Source: Nemertoderma westbladi (taxonomy: Eukaryota; Animalia; Xenacoelomorpha). Taken from it: a stretch of 64,000 nt of DNA. The stretch lies in NCBI GenBank assembly GCA_032718475.1, contig JAUCBJ010006656.1, positions 2,667 to 66,666 of the forward strand, read 5' to 3'. A program made the position numbers and the translations under genes. The notes beneath the pieces are model-generated. The model did no database searches. It worked only from the letters and a program-made list of their open reading frames with translations, and was not told the origin of the DNA. The first letter of the stretch is position 1. Each line of letters starts with the position of its first letter. Shown here piece after piece: positions 10,266 to 23,730 of this stretch.

Positions 10266-11204
10266 ATGGTCTTGGTATCAGGGAGCGATATACTCTACTT
10301 TCAAGCATTTGTTGATAGCTTGATACGCGGTGATACTAGTCCAACTACTACGGAGGATGATGGTCGTTATATCGAACCTACGATTTCCTGGAAGTAACTT
10401 ACGCGTGAATTGGACTATGGAAAATTCACCGCTCGCTATACGCATCGTAATGGTACGTATATGGACTTCTTGACTACTGGTCATCCTATTGATTTACACG
10501 ACACCGACGATATAGACACCGAAAGGGAAATGGTTTTATTTAAATATCATACCCAGCGGAGTCGAAACGATAAATCGAGAATAGAACACGAGAACTCTAT
10601 TCGAAACAGACTCGAGAGGGAAGACGTTGAAGAACCTGATAAACGTCGCGACTTCAACGACTATCTAGAATTCCTAAGAGAGACCTATCTCAATATTGCC
10701 AGTCAACAAAACCTCGAAACTCGATATCCTCAAGGTATACATCCAGACCCTATGATGGAACTCAAACGGCTCTATTTTACGATGATGTATCTTACCGCCG
10801 ATCGACCGCTACCTGTCGTTCCAGATAGCTTCGAACAGATGGAGGAATATTGTAAAACTGGAGAGCGATCACCCGCGTTTCCCCTTCAAGACGTGCGTCT
10901 TTGGTATTATTACGATAAATGCCCTAGACCCAGCCAATAAACAGAAAGACATAAACATCCACGGAAACGTTGTGTTAAACACAGTTGTGCTCGTTATATT
11001 TACTGGAGTTTCGAGCGAAACTTGTTTGACGTATCACCTATGCTCACTCGGCTCGAACGATCCTGGAGTAAACCTACGATCAGAGTCCCGGAATACTCGG
11101 TCAAACCTCCTCATTCCTTAGTTGGACCTCAGACCTGCGATCCTGGTGGTGTCGCGGATCCTCGCGGACTGTATTCACTGTTCAAAGATCTAGTGCTACC
11201 CTAA
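10266..11204 (+). pseudogene. Degenerate accessory ORF of unknown function in the 3' internal region of the BEL element
   Basis: ATG at 10266 and ORFs 10410-10940 and 11022-11204 share one frame, broken only by TAA at 10395 and 10938; no recognised homology. Confidence 0.45.
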
Positions 11205-11832
11205 CAATTAATTGGTAACACTCCGACAGAGATTTCTAGCTAGCCGCTCATCTTACCTAGCCGGATTGTGACGCGGACACCTAATATCACTATCCAACCG
11301 TATGGTCGTCCCCGTTTAACGCGATACAACCCTTCATCAAGGTGAAGGAGAGCATTGTACGAAACGAGTTAAACGCTATTCTATAAAGATCAAAAAAGAA
11401 ACCTGCGTTTGTTCAGATAAACGTAAGTTATAACAGTAAGTCCAATCGATAAACGAATTGGCCTTATCTCAGTTCGATTGGGAAATCTCGAAACTCTAAG
11501 AAGATATCAAGCTTAGAAAATCCTATTCTCTGCGAGAGTTTTGGACGAACGTATCCCATGACAAGCGGAGGAAAATCAGCTCGAGGAGAAGCATATCGAA
11601 ATGGACGAGACACCGACCGTAAACCCAAACCTTCTAATGCAATTGTATTGCACCCTTTACCCAGAGTTATAGCCTTTCTAGTAAAGTGGCTCGCCCCAAA
11701 GAGAAAAGGACTCTTGCTGGCCTCGGGAAACTGCGTGAACGCCGTCCGCGCAAGAAAACTAACTGTTTAGAGTATCTTTATGTTTTAGAAACTGTGATTT
11801 TTATATTTTATAGACTGAAAATCCCATTTTCT

Positions 11833-11840
11833 GGGAGCGG
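11833..11840 (+). promoter_or_regulatory. Short polypurine tract (GGGAGCGG) before the 3' LTR
   Basis: Purine-rich run immediately 5' of the 3' LTR TG. Confidence 0.55.
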
Positions 11841-13053
11841 TGTAAAAGCTTTTGCGGAATTGCCCGGTTATTTTTCCTTATTTTTCCCGTAAAATACTCT
11901 GTAGTTGGTTTAGTAGGCGTAAGAGGCCGTATTATTGCTGTATCGGTGTTTTTTAGAGGACCTAAGAGCTATTTCTTCCGTATGTGTAATTTGGGGGACA
12001 TGGTTGGTGATTCTATGGCAATTCTATGACGCAAAATAGCTAGATCCTCTTGAAACAGTAGTTACTATGACGACGGTTAACAGCTGAGCTGTATACGTGT
12101 CGATTTTCTTTGTTCTACGGTGCCTCTCAGTTCAGTCAACCAATCAGAGCGTTTTTACTGTTCTTGTACAGAAATTTCCTAGAAATCACGCAATGCTTTA
12201 TGGGCAGTGTTATCATTCAGTCCTGAGCCAAGAAAGAACGGCTTTTGGAATATTTGTGCTTTTCTGCTTTTAGCCTAACACTAGTAGGCTTAATTATAAG
12301 GACATATATCCGTTATCTGGGTAACTCAATGGTTAACAACTTACTCAATGCTTGGCTGGTCTTGTCGTGCATACTTTTATAACGTTATACTGCTATTTAC
12401 TGTCGGTTATTCATTATATGGTTGATGAAATATTATATTTGGAATAACGAGAAATAACCCCGAAAACCCAATATTCTTGATATACCGAAGGTAAGAGAGA
12501 CAGGTTACATATAACGATTGTGACTTATGTTAAAGTGGTTTGAAGTGAATCTAATGTTATTTGATAGACCCTACATGAGTCGGTCTGTGTTCCTTTTATA
12601 TGTGACTAAAATCAGTGAAGATCGGCAGATCAGTGTGCAGTATTGTGCAGCATTGTGTATGAGTGAGACTGATAACGAAGCATTTCCTAAAGAATGCGCC
12701 ATATATGTGAATTGTAACTAAGCCATATCGTTGCATGTAGTTTAAGTCATAGCTCTGTTTATATAGATAGAGCGCCACGTCCAAAAGGAACTGTTAATAT
12801 TCCCCGAAGGTGAATAATATTGTCAGAGATTATATAATACTGTCAGTCGAATAATACATTAGGCTTACATAGCAATAAAATTAAGCCGTCGAAGTCAATC
12901 TCCCGGGTATATCCAGCGGGTGAATGATCGCGCACAGATTGGTTTCAACTAGTGTAGTGAATCAAATACTTGTCAGAGGCTAAAAGCGATTTATTATCTA
13001 GAAGACATCCTAATTTGGCGGGTTAAACTGCCAAAGGTCTGAAAGCGCGAACA
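11841..13053 (+). repeat. 3' LTR of BEL/Pao element 1 (1213 bp)
   Basis: Near-identical to 248-1461; followed by TSD GTAAT. Confidence 0.95.
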
Positions 13054-13447
13054 GTAATGGGCCTAACTTCCTAATTCATATCCTCAACAATCAGTCCCAG
13101 ACCAATAGACCAAGCTATTCCAGTACACAGGCAAATAGGCCTATTAACTAACCCGCTATTACTATATATGTGACAGGTACGGTACCCGGTAGGCTTCCCT
13201 ACATAATTTATTATACAGTATACAGCAGTACACAACAAATAATAGGCATACCTGATAAGAAATTAATATTTAATTTGGCGACAATTTTATTCAATAATTT
13301 CGTGAATTGTCTTATAGAAAAGCAACGCGCGCCTTATTTTATCTAAAAGTTGATACCCGGGGTTATTTTTTTGTGCTCTTTCTATTTTCGACTGTATTCG
13401 ATTGTGTTCGGCAGTTTTTGGAGTGTGTTGGGGTGTATCTGCAAATC

Positions 13448-14285
13448 CTGCAAATCATTGTAAACAAATACACATATTACTGCAATTAGTAATCCTGTTA
13501 CCGTTAGGGCCGACCGGTAAACTGGTATGAGCATTGTTATGTTATGGGTAAAATAAATATTAATTTAGCGATGTTATATGCACCAAAATTTTCATTTTAT
13601 TAAAATACTTAATCAAATACAATATTTATTTTCACCTGGGTGGTAGTACAATATTTAACTATAATATCCATCTGGGATTCCCCGAAAAAAACAATTCCTC
13701 TACATAAGATAAACATTAGTCTAAATGATCAACTTTGTGGGTGTCTATAAAGAACTAAAGGAACTTACCCGGAATCTCAGCTAAAAGTACAATCAATAAC
13801 GCAACAAAATAGTATAACTTGGTCATATTGACTGACAAAATAATATATGGCTTGTTGCTCTAAAATTATATTGTTTTAACTCTCAGATAATATTTTACTG
13901 GTTTTGCTCCAAGTACAGTAAAAATAAGTTCAAATGTACTACATAAAGTATAAATACTAAGGTAGTTCCAGACAGAGATAATGAAACGACTAAATGGTTC
14001 ACATCTGCTCCCATGCACTCATTACCTTCCTATATGTGGATGTCTAAAAGGACACGTCGTCACTATCCTGCACTCATTAAATATCTTCCTTCCTATATGT
14101 TTGATGACTAAAAGGTTGTCACCATCCTGCACTGATTATCTTCCTATGTGTTTGATGTCTAAAAGGACACCGTCACTATCCTACACTCCTTATCTTCCTG
14201 TGTTTGATGACTAAAAGGATGACACTATCCTACACTCATTATCTTCCTATATGGTTCATGACTAAAGGATGACACCATTCTGCCA
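13448..14285 (+). repeat. Segmental duplication block A ending in a ~50-bp minisatellite; paralogue at ~32996-34000
   Basis: Long near-identical stretches (e.g. ATCTGGGATTCCCCGAAAAAAACAATTCCTCTACATAAG) in both places; tandem unit GACTAAAAGG..CCATCCTGCAC..TTCCTATATG. Confidence 0.9.
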
Positions 14286-14329
14286 GTTTATGTCGTTTCC
14301 TAAAAATCTATTGTCTTCCTAATAGTGAA

Positions 14330-14948
14330 AACGGTTTTAAAAAATATTGTGAAGTTTTCTAGTTATAGCACCATATTTTAATCCTACTTTTGGCACTTTT
14401 TTGAGGCGGTTTTTTGAAAATTAAATTTCATGAACTAAGATTTGTAACATCCTATAATTTTGATTTACACCGGTTTTTGGAGTTTGCAATTATAAGGAAT
14501 TCATATAAATTAATTTACAATTTTTTGGCCGGGTGCCAAATATTGGTGCCAATACCAAATTTCGAAATATGTTGTAATTTTGTTCAATTTTGTAAATTGA
14601 TTGTTTGATCCTGTTTTTTGGGCAATAGGGGTATTTTGGGGTTCTGGTTTCTATGGAATATATAATAGTTGCACCAGGCGTATCAAACTTCTGTTTTTCG
14701 GTGCTGTATTCAAAATTTCGTGCCAGCACGAAATTTTGAAAATCCATTCAATAGTTCCATTGTTTATGAAACTTATTTCTCGCGTTTTAGAGGTTTGTGG
14801 CGGTTCTGAATTCAATGGAATAAATAATTTTCTAACTAAACATCCCAAACTTGTATTTTTCTGAAGTGGGTGCAAAATTTGGTGCTAGCACCTAATTTAA
14901 AAACCATCAAATATATCAATTGATTGTGTCACCTTGTTTCTTGCGTTA
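14330..14948 (-). mobile_element. Distal part of the non-autonomous repeat interrupted by Mag element A
   Basis: On the minus strand it continues TAACG-CAAGAAACAAG, the subrepeat unit seen in 17365-17644. Left boundary is approximate. Confidence 0.55.
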
Positions 14949-16390
14949 TATAGTATTGAGAAGGCAATGATATATATATAATACTGATCATTCATACCGG
15001 TAGGTCCCATACCATACTACACTACTTTCCTTCTCAACAAAATAATCTCTCAATCAATCTAATACACACATATACTAAAATTTCTAGCAACGGAAAATAG
15101 TCAATAAACAACATTATGAATCCATGAGTGTTTACATTTATACCATACATGACTCAGTGAAATGAGTATATAGTCTAGGAGTATGTTCTAGGCGAACCCA
15201 TAGTACTGCAGGGGCATATGGATACGAATTGGATATGATCGTACGTTGTTGTCTAGGGCGCATGGTTGTTGCTGAGGTGAGACCTGTGGCAGATTATCAC
15301 CGCCGCCTCCGATTAGTGGAGCCCCGGATTCGACAGCTGGGAGGTGAGTGTCAATAGGAGGGGTCCCAGATCCAGTTGAGTTGGTACCGTGGAATGTGCC
15401 CACAGGTTCATCATATAAATGGGCGTGTTGTGGGTCTACAGGTTGGACCATCCGACGGTTTCTACTAATGGTGGCACGGTGTCGACCTTCAAGGAGGACT
15501 TTATCACCCATTATGTCTTTAACACGATGACCCGAGTATGAGTAGCCACGCCGATCAAAGTTCTTCACCATAACAGGTTGATTAATTTCCAGGGATGGGA
15601 GAGCTCGAGCATTATGCCTGGAGTTGAAATCTTCTGCAATCTTCTCACGTCGTGACATACATGCACTACATGGCTGAAGTGGTGGCAGTGGCAATTGTGG
15701 CAATCGACCTTGGCGGTGCTGGCCAATATGACTGTAGAGAACTTTAGCAGGTATATCCCCAGTGATACGATGTTTTGTGTTACGTAGTGTGAAGAGTACT
15801 GTAGAGAGACGTGATGAGAATGAAGATTTCTGAAGAATTCTGAAAAATGAAGATTTGTACATCATTTTCTTAATTTCCCTATGGATTCTCTCCACCATAC
15901 CATTAGACTGAGGATAGCGAGAAGATATTTCTACTAAGTTACACCCAATTGTGGTTAGGTATTTCTTAAATTCATGGGATCGAAATTCTTCAGCATTGTC
16001 TGAGACTAATGAACGTGGTAGACCAAACCTGGCAAAGATTTAATCTAGCTTCATAATAACTGTTGTGGTTTTGGAATTGTGGACAGGGATTGCCTCAATG
16101 TATCGTGAACCATAATCAACTAATGTTAAACACTTTACACCTTCCATAAAGGCACAGTCTATAGCAATTCGTTCCCAGGGATGATAATCGGATTGTTTAA
16201 GACTCTGAGGTGGTAAAGGGTCATGGGCTAGTTGGCAGTTATAACAGGATGAAACAAACAAGTGAACCGATTTAGCCATTCCAGGCCACCAAACATTAGC
16301 AACTAGTAATTCCGTCATTTTAGTTATCCCAGGATGCCTGTCATGGGCCAGTTTTAGAACCAAGGGTCGCAGGGATTGTGGTACAACCAA
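14949..16390 (-). mobile_element. 3' part (integrase, PPT, 3' LTR) of Gypsy/Mag-like element A, now inverted relative to its 5' part
   Basis: Integrase HHCC region (LAHDRHPG..WWPGM..CYNC), core (SDNAEEF, PQSNGMVER), purine tract AGAAGGAAAGTAG, 73-bp LTR 14949-15021, then TSD TAACG. Confidence 0.85.
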
Positions 16391-16399
16391 CTGTACAAC

Positions 16400-17130
16400 C
16401 AAGCTGTCTACTCCCTTGGTTCCTCGAGCTTGGGTACTGCCCAATAGTACTATCCCGATCCACCCCAGCTCCTTCAAGGCCGTGTCGATTTCCGTTAGCG
16501 ATAGACATAGATTGTCTTTCACCTCCATTAGTAGAAATAGGCCTAGTTGATACGTTGTTTCTTCGAACAGGTTTAGAACTCAGTGCCTCTGTTTGCCCTC
16601 ATTCCCATTGGTCCCTCTGATTATTTACCACCTCGGTCCATTCTCTCGCATCTTCGGATTGTCTCCGCTGACCTTGAGCCAACTGCCTACTAGTACTACT
16701 GTTTCTCGAAGACGCACTGCACTGGTAGGCAGCATACGTGGATGAGCTCCTGGTGGTATTCGCGAAGATTGCGGCAGGTCTTTGTTCGATTCCGATTGGA
16801 TTGGATGCTTGGCCTTCCAATAGTGATAGGGTCCCTTGATTCTGCTTGGAGTATCAGCATATCCTTGCAAAATATGACTTCATTCTTGGCAGCAAGAGTT
16901 TATAATGTCGCGTCAGATAAACGTCCGAGCGCCTTAACATACAGGGCGTTCATGTTGGTAAGATTCTCTATCATTGTGCGTTCATCCTCACTTGACCTGC
17001 CTCGCTTTTCTTTGGTAACCTTTATCGTTGAAACAATGTTCTGCAGGAAGGCCGCGAACGCACTCCCCTCTGATTATGTCGCCATTACTATAATTGAAGT
17101 TCACTATCATATATTCCTCAATTAAAATCA
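16400..17130 (-). mobile_element. Probable 5' part (ORF1 and start of endonuclease) of the LINE at 21255, inverted
   Basis: Degenerate minus-strand ORFs ending LCLSLTE..STQARG, resembling an AP-endonuclease N-terminus; joins 21255 when the inversion is undone. Confidence 0.5.
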
Positions 17131-17360
17131 ATAAAGTAATAAAATAAAGTCGTAAAATTGTAAAAGCAGTACAGCAGTACTGGAGTATTTATGCTGTTAT
17201 TAAGTAGGCAGGTAGGCTATCCTAATGGCAAATAAACATGTGACTAAGTGTTACAGCTGTAACACTACTTAGTCCTTAAGGAAGAATGTGAAATGATATC
17301 AACGAAGTCGAATCGCATTTCAATGAGTGAAGGGAAAAAAAGCGCAGCTAGACTACATCC

Positions 17361-17644
17361 TTAACCCTATTAAGTAATTTGGCAAATTTCGTACCCATCA
17401 CCAAAAAGTACAAGTTTGCAATGTCCAGTGCTGTTTTTATGGATTCCATCGGATTCAGGACCCTCATAAACCCGTATAACGCAAGAAACAAGATGATACT
17501 ATCTTCTGATCAATTTACTCATTTTCCAAAATTTGGTGCTGGCACAACAATTTTCACCCAAGGCCGAAAAATACAAGTTTGAAAACTCTTATGCAATTTT
17601 TACTATTCCATTGAATTCAGAAACCCTCACAAACCCGTATAACG
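17361..17644 (+). mobile_element. piggyBac-like non-autonomous element end (TTAA|CCCTATT)
   Basis: TTAA followed by CCCTATT; the same terminus occurs inverted near 41540-41549; internal subrepeats. Confidence 0.45.
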
Positions 17645-20600
17645 TGTAGTATGGTATGGGACCTACCGGTATGAATGATCAGTATTATATATATCATTGC
17701 CTTCTCAATACTATACTGGCGCAGTGTGTAGTTCAGTAGTTACCGGTACTGCGGTATTTAGGCTGGTCTGGCATCTGGTGTTCAGTACCGGGTTGCAGTA
17801 CCTACCGTGTGGATAATATTGGCAAACATATTTATTTGCTCGAACTGTGAACTGGCTGGTCGGTATGATTATAATTTTGATTATCAGTTTATTGTTGGCC
17901 TAACTGCCTGACTTAACACTTTCGCGGTGTAACTCTGAACTCTTTGGCTTAATCGGAACTGGCTGGCAGGCTGGCAAACCTCCTGGACTGCTGGACGGAT
18001 TGTTGCTGTATTTCTGTATTTGATAGGCCTACCGCTACTACTGCTGTACGGTGGATGAACGAACATACTGGTACTTACAAACAACAAACATACCAGTACT
18101 CACAAACTGACAGCGTATTGGTACAACACTATATCTGGACATAACTTACCGGTACAGCCCTATGGCGATGGCGAAGTACCCAGTACCCCCGGCATTGGAT
18201 GTCAATGCTGAAGATATGGCTTTAGAATTTGGAGAATGGCGTCAAACATTTGATTTCTGGGCAGATGCAACCGACCTACGTAATACAGATAATGTAGAAT
18301 CCCGAAAGGTTGGTGCACTGATGACATGTATTGGTAAAGCAGGTCAGAAAATTGCCATCCAAAATTTTACCTATACTGCAGATCGTCCATGCACTCTCAC
18401 TAATCTGTTGGATGATTTTGCAACCTATTTTGAACCCCTGCGCAATTTGTTGGTTATGCGCCACCTTTTTATGTCTCGTAAGCAGCGAGATGGGGAAACA
18501 GTTTCTGATTTTTTAACTTCACTGAAACAGTTAGCTAATTATTGTGAATTACAAAATGAAACACCTGACACTAAAGTTCGAGATATGTTTATTGTAGGGA
18601 TTCAAAATGAAGAATTGCGTAAACAGTTGTTGCAGCTTCCTGCAGATGCAACTCTACCTCAGGTGCGCAATTTAGCAGGGGCATTTGAAGCAGCTCAGTG
18701 GTCATAAGGAACTTAAATTCTCGGGAGAGGAGAAGGGTACCACATCTGATGTACTGGCAGTTAGACGCTGCCCTGTTCAATGGCGCGAATCTGGTACTGG
18801 TGCCAGTAATAGTAGCCTAGGTAGGCCTACTGGAAAACCTCTGACTACTTATATACCCAACCAGCGAAATCGTATGTCAGGGTGGGATGTTTTTCGGTTT
18901 TGCTGTCAGTCTCATCGAAAAGGTTCATGCCCTGCCTATGGTCTGTTTTGTCAGCAATGTGGGTTGCGTAATCACTTCAGGGGCTCCCCACTCTGCAGAC
19001 AGGGTCAGGGAATAGGGAAATCCACGCCCAACTCATTGCAAGCAGTACCACCTTCTGGTGTTTCCCGGCGGAATCTTCCATCTCATAATGTTAGATATGT
19101 TGAGGATGAATTTTGTGCAGTTGATGCTATAGTTCAGGACTCGTTTTCTCAGCTTGACATTGATGCTGACCATGAGGTTGAGGTATATGGCTCAGACCAT
19201 GATGATGTGTCATCATATGACATTCAGACAATTAAGCATGTCATTTCGCAAATTGGTGTTGATACATCTAAGTGGATGGTTTCCTTGTATGTATTAGGTC
19301 CATCACAAGGTATGTATATTGTATATACCATTTTTAGTGGATACTGGTACTAAGCACAGTATAATTCCCAGTAAATTCATATCTCCTATGATTATTCAAT
19401 CTGCACCTGCAGAACAACTGCGTGGCTATATGTCCCAATGTTCATTACCATTGTTAGGGACGGCAACTGTTACTCTAACCTATTCCGGAGTTACAATTAG
19501 CACCAACATATATGTTGTCCGTGATGCACCCCTTTCCCTTCTTGGCCAGGACGATATAGAAAAGTTAGGCCTCATCAGCTGTCATTTTAAGCCACACCAC
19601 TCAAATGTTGTCCATTCAGTGAATTCTTCTTATTCAAACATGTATTCGTCTGGAGAGAATAGAGAATTGCCTCCAATGAAAATACCCTGTGTTGATATTA
19701 AGATTAAGCCAGATGCCCTTCCAGTCCAACAGCCTATTACGTCGCATCCCATTTGGTTTATTGCCTGAGCTAAAGGAGGAAATCCTTCTTTCTTAGTGGG
19801 AATTGTTTAGAGGGAATTATTATACGTGTGGAATCAAAAGAGGAAAGAGAAAATCCCAGTGAATGGGTAAGCCCAGTGGTATTAGCCCGAAAACCTAGTG
19901 GGAAACTTAGGCTATGTTTAGATCTTCGGGTATTAAATAAAGCAGTAGTCCATTCACGGATTCTTATCCCAACTCCAGAGGAGCTCTTTGCCAAGGTTGA
20001 AGGATGTTGCAATTTTTCGAAATTGGATGCATACTCTGGATTCCATCAAGTGTGACTTTCTCCCTCAGCCTCACAGCTAACAACTTTTGTTCTTCCATTC
20101 GGTACCTTTAGATATGTTTGCCTCCCATTCGGTATTACTAATGCACCCGAATTATATCATCAGTTAATGGCTGAAAGCTTGGAAGATATCAAGGGTGCTG
20201 ATGTTCTGGAAGACAATGTTCTTATTTATGCAAAGACCTTAGATGAGCATGATGCAATATTAGCAATGGTAATGCAGCGCTGTAAGAATATGTCTATCTA
20301 CTTAAATCCAGCGAAGTGTGAATATAGGAAGTCTGAGTTGAGGTACCTGGGCCATATCATTCCAGCTGAAGCTTGCTTTGCTTTTTTTGCTGCAAAGATT
20401 CAGGCAGTGACTTAAATGTCCTCACCAACCTCAGTGGCAGAGTGCCGTCGATTTCTAGGGATGGCAACATATTTGGCCAAATTTGTGCCAAGGTTTAGTG
20501 AGATTTCCACTCCCATCCGTAATCTGCTGAAGGGAAATATTGTCTTTTATTGGTCTTCTGATTGCGAAAAAGCCTTTAGTGACATCAAGAACCTGCTTAC

Positions 20601-21254
20601 TAAATTTCCTACATTAAAGTTTTATAATCCCGACCTTGACTCATATATCCAATGCGATGCTTCGCCTTCAGGCTTGGGTGTTGTTTTGCTACAATCTGAC
20701 CCTAGTACTTGTACTATACGACCTGTTGCATTTGCCAGTCGGTCTCTGTCACCCACAGAGCAGCGATATTCCCAAATAGAACGGGAGACCTTAGCTATTT
20801 CATTTGGTGTCCATAGGTTCCGCCAGTATGTTCTTGGATTGAAGTTCACAGTCCTCTCTGACCATAAACCATTGAAAGCAATATTTGACAAACCCCTTGA
20901 TAAATGTCCTGCTCGGATAATGAAGTTCTTGGTTAACCTACAACAGTATTCGTTTGTTCTCCAGTTCATTCCTGGTAAGACTAATATAATTGCGGACACC
21001 CTATCCAGAGCTCCCCTTCCTAATGCACAGGATGACATAGGTTATGATTCGTACATCAATGTAATCCTCCCGTCTCACTTTGTGGATATAGAACAATTAG
21101 CTCAGGAGACATCCAAATGTTCTGAGGTGTCTAGTATTATCCGACGACTTCAGCTAGGTGATTGGACATTGTTAACAGAAGTGGAAGCGAGATATAAAGG
21201 TATCTTAAATGAACTGTCTGTGATAGATGCTCGGGATTCAGCTGTATTGATCTG
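17645..21254 (+). mobile_element. Gypsy/Mag-like LTR retrotransposon A, 5' LTR to RNase H, decayed
   Basis: TSD TAACG at 17640-17644, 71-bp LTR 17645-17715, PBS TGGCGCAG at 17717, Gag from 18162 (FMSRKQRDGETVSDF, paired Zn knuckles), protease VDTG, RT (WVSPVVLARKPSGKLRLCLDLR, LDAYSGFHQV), RNase H (CDASPSG, YSQIERE, SDHKPL); frameshifts and stops. Confidence 0.9.
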
Positions 21255-23650
21255 ATGGAACAGGATGCAGTTAATAAAGTAAAAAGTCTATGTAAGGGGA
21301 CCATATTTACAGCTGGAGACTTCAATTGCCGCATTGACGACCCATGTAATCGTGGTGACCAGCTCAGTGGAGGTCTAATTGGCGCTGTACTACACTGTTT
21401 AAACAATCCCACTGAACCGACATATCATTGCTGGAATGAGCAAAGCACGATCGATTTGATCTTTGTTGAAGAACCTTTAATAGAAAACACAGTTATAGAA
21501 ACCCTACCAACCTTTAACACTAAACACGTATGGGTTAAGGCGGAGGTGGCCCTTAATCAGATAAACCGAAGACAGCGGCGAGCTGTTAAGATAAAATACT
21601 TGGATGTCAATAAACTAGAAGAAATACTAAACATTAGTGATTTTGAGGCTGAACTAAACAATGGTGCAATGGCAGCATGCAGTTGCATTACAACAGCACT
21701 ATCGCAGGCATCTAAAGAGCAGAGCCCAAGACAATCCAAACCGTGGTTTGATAGCAAGTGCCATGAGGAAAGAAGAAGGGTTGCAATCAAGTACAAAGAA
21801 ATGATAGCTTCACCCACAGCTCAACTGCGAGAAGAACACAACGCAATAAAGCGCTCATATAGGTGGCTATTGTTGAATAAGAAGAAAGTGTTTGAACTGA
21901 GAAAGGAATACAAACTAGTTGAGGATTGCGAGTCAAACAAAGCAAAGTTTTGGGATATTATCAAACCACGACAGGTCAAACCCGCTTCTCAGCAAGTTTC
22001 CCAAGAAGACTGTACTGCCCACTTGAGGGGACTGCTGAAGGCGAAAGAAGCACCCAACATGCCCGATCTGCCGGAAAACCCGGTGATGGATGACCTGGAC
22101 CGCTCATTCAGATGTTGAAATATCTGAGGCTATCTTAAAACAAAGAATAATAAGGCTACGGGGCCAGATGGAATTACAAATGAGGCATTAAAAATAGGGC
22201 TGCGACATCTACTTCCATTTCTTCTCGCACTGTTTAGCATATGCTTCTCTGCTGCTACTAGCCCCCTCCAATGGCTATTATCATATCTTATCCCACTTTA
22301 TAAAGGTAAAGGGCCAGAAGTCATCACCAGATAACTACCGTGGTGTCGCTCTTTTATCGTGTCTGTACAAGGCCTACTCTGGAATGTTGGCCACTACACT
22401 CTACCTTTGGGCAGAATTAAATAATAATCTTCGTGATGCGTAGTTTGGTTTCCGCAGAGGATGCTCGACTCTTCTAGCTGTGAAACTCTGGTACAACCGT
22501 CTTCAAACAGCAATTAACCCATCCGGGGGACACATTTATTGTGTATTCGTTGACTTTAATAAAGCTTTCGACTCTGTAAACCGGGAAAAACTTGTCCGCA
22601 AGCTATCAGCGATTGGAATCAGCAGGAAATTTATCACTGCAATTTGGGTATTTCTTGCAATTAATTTTGTTTGTATAAGTATTGCAGGTTACATTCTAGA
22701 TGCAATAGAACAGACCATCGGGCTAGTGCAGGGAGACAAATTGTCTCCGCTACTGTTTAGTTTGTTCATCTCAGACCTTCCTGCGGTACTGACAGCGGTC
22801 TGCTGCTGGGTAATTATGTTTGCCGACGATCTTGTGATCATAGGAAACTCAATTGAGGATGTTCAAACGAGTCTCGATAGATTGGCTGAATACTGTAATT
22901 CGAACGATCTCGTTGTTAATTTAAAAAAGACAAAGGCTGTGAAATTTCGAAAAGGTGGTCCACTGTCAAGAAGTGATGTTTTAACTTACATGGGGAATCC
23001 AGTTGAGTTTCAGAACTCCTACTTATACCTCGGTGTACTGCTATCAATGAAAAATGGCCCATCAAAACACTACGACCATTTGTACAACAAAGGCCTCGTT
23101 TGCTGTGTTCGCCTAGCAACCACGATTTGCTTAACAACCATCGGCATGAACTCAGCACAACACCTATGGAAATCTATTGTTATCCCATCGATTACATATG
23201 GTTGCAAAACATTTACTCCTGATAGTGAACAGCTAAATGAAAATGAATAAGAACATGTCAGAAAAATCCGAGGCCTATTCTGGAAAATGTGGTGCGGGAT
23301 CAGTAAATACGCCTCTACAACCACAATCTTATCTGCAATCGATCAGGCAACTACATTGGAACCCCACCTTCAACCCCTGACGGGGTATCGACGACGGACA
23401 GCTGCGCAATTAATATCAAACAGGTACCACCATAAGATGTGTTCAAACGAGCGATGTTGGCGACAGACTGACACTTGCATCTGTAGACTGTGTCTCGCGC
23501 CTGTGACGAACAGCCTCCACTACGAACTATGCAAATATATCCCGAAACTGACATCCAAGCTACGTTGTGCCATCTTTCTAGATAAATTACAATTACCTTC
23601 CACTGAGAATGATCTGTGACCGAATAACTTATTTATTTTATTATTACTTT
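21255..23650 (+). mobile_element. Non-LTR retrotransposon ORF2 (RTE-X-like), decayed
   Basis: Endonuclease GDFN and STIDL; PWFD; RT motifs FVDFNKAFDSV, QGDKLSPLLF, FADD, YLGV; C-terminal CRLC..H...C; AT-rich tail. Clade call is tentative. Confidence 0.85.
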
Positions 23651-23730
23651 TAAATGGCCTTTTATCCAATATGTATATCTATATTTTCCTTCGAAATTTT
23701 TGTTGGTGCTAATTTTAACTCGATTATGAA

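Larger units (their letters stand above)
248..13053 (+). mobile_element. BEL/Pao LTR retrotransposon, complete insertion, non-autonomous (gag-protease only)
   Basis: TG...CA LTRs at 248-1461 and 11841-13053; 5-bp TSD GTAAT at 243-247 and 13054-13058; internal ORF with BEL-type Gag core, three Zn knuckles and DSGS protease; no RT or integrase core visible. Confidence 0.95.

Noticed and set aside
16040-16528. Novel fusion protein
   Set aside because: Explained as an inversion junction between decayed LINE and integrase sequence.
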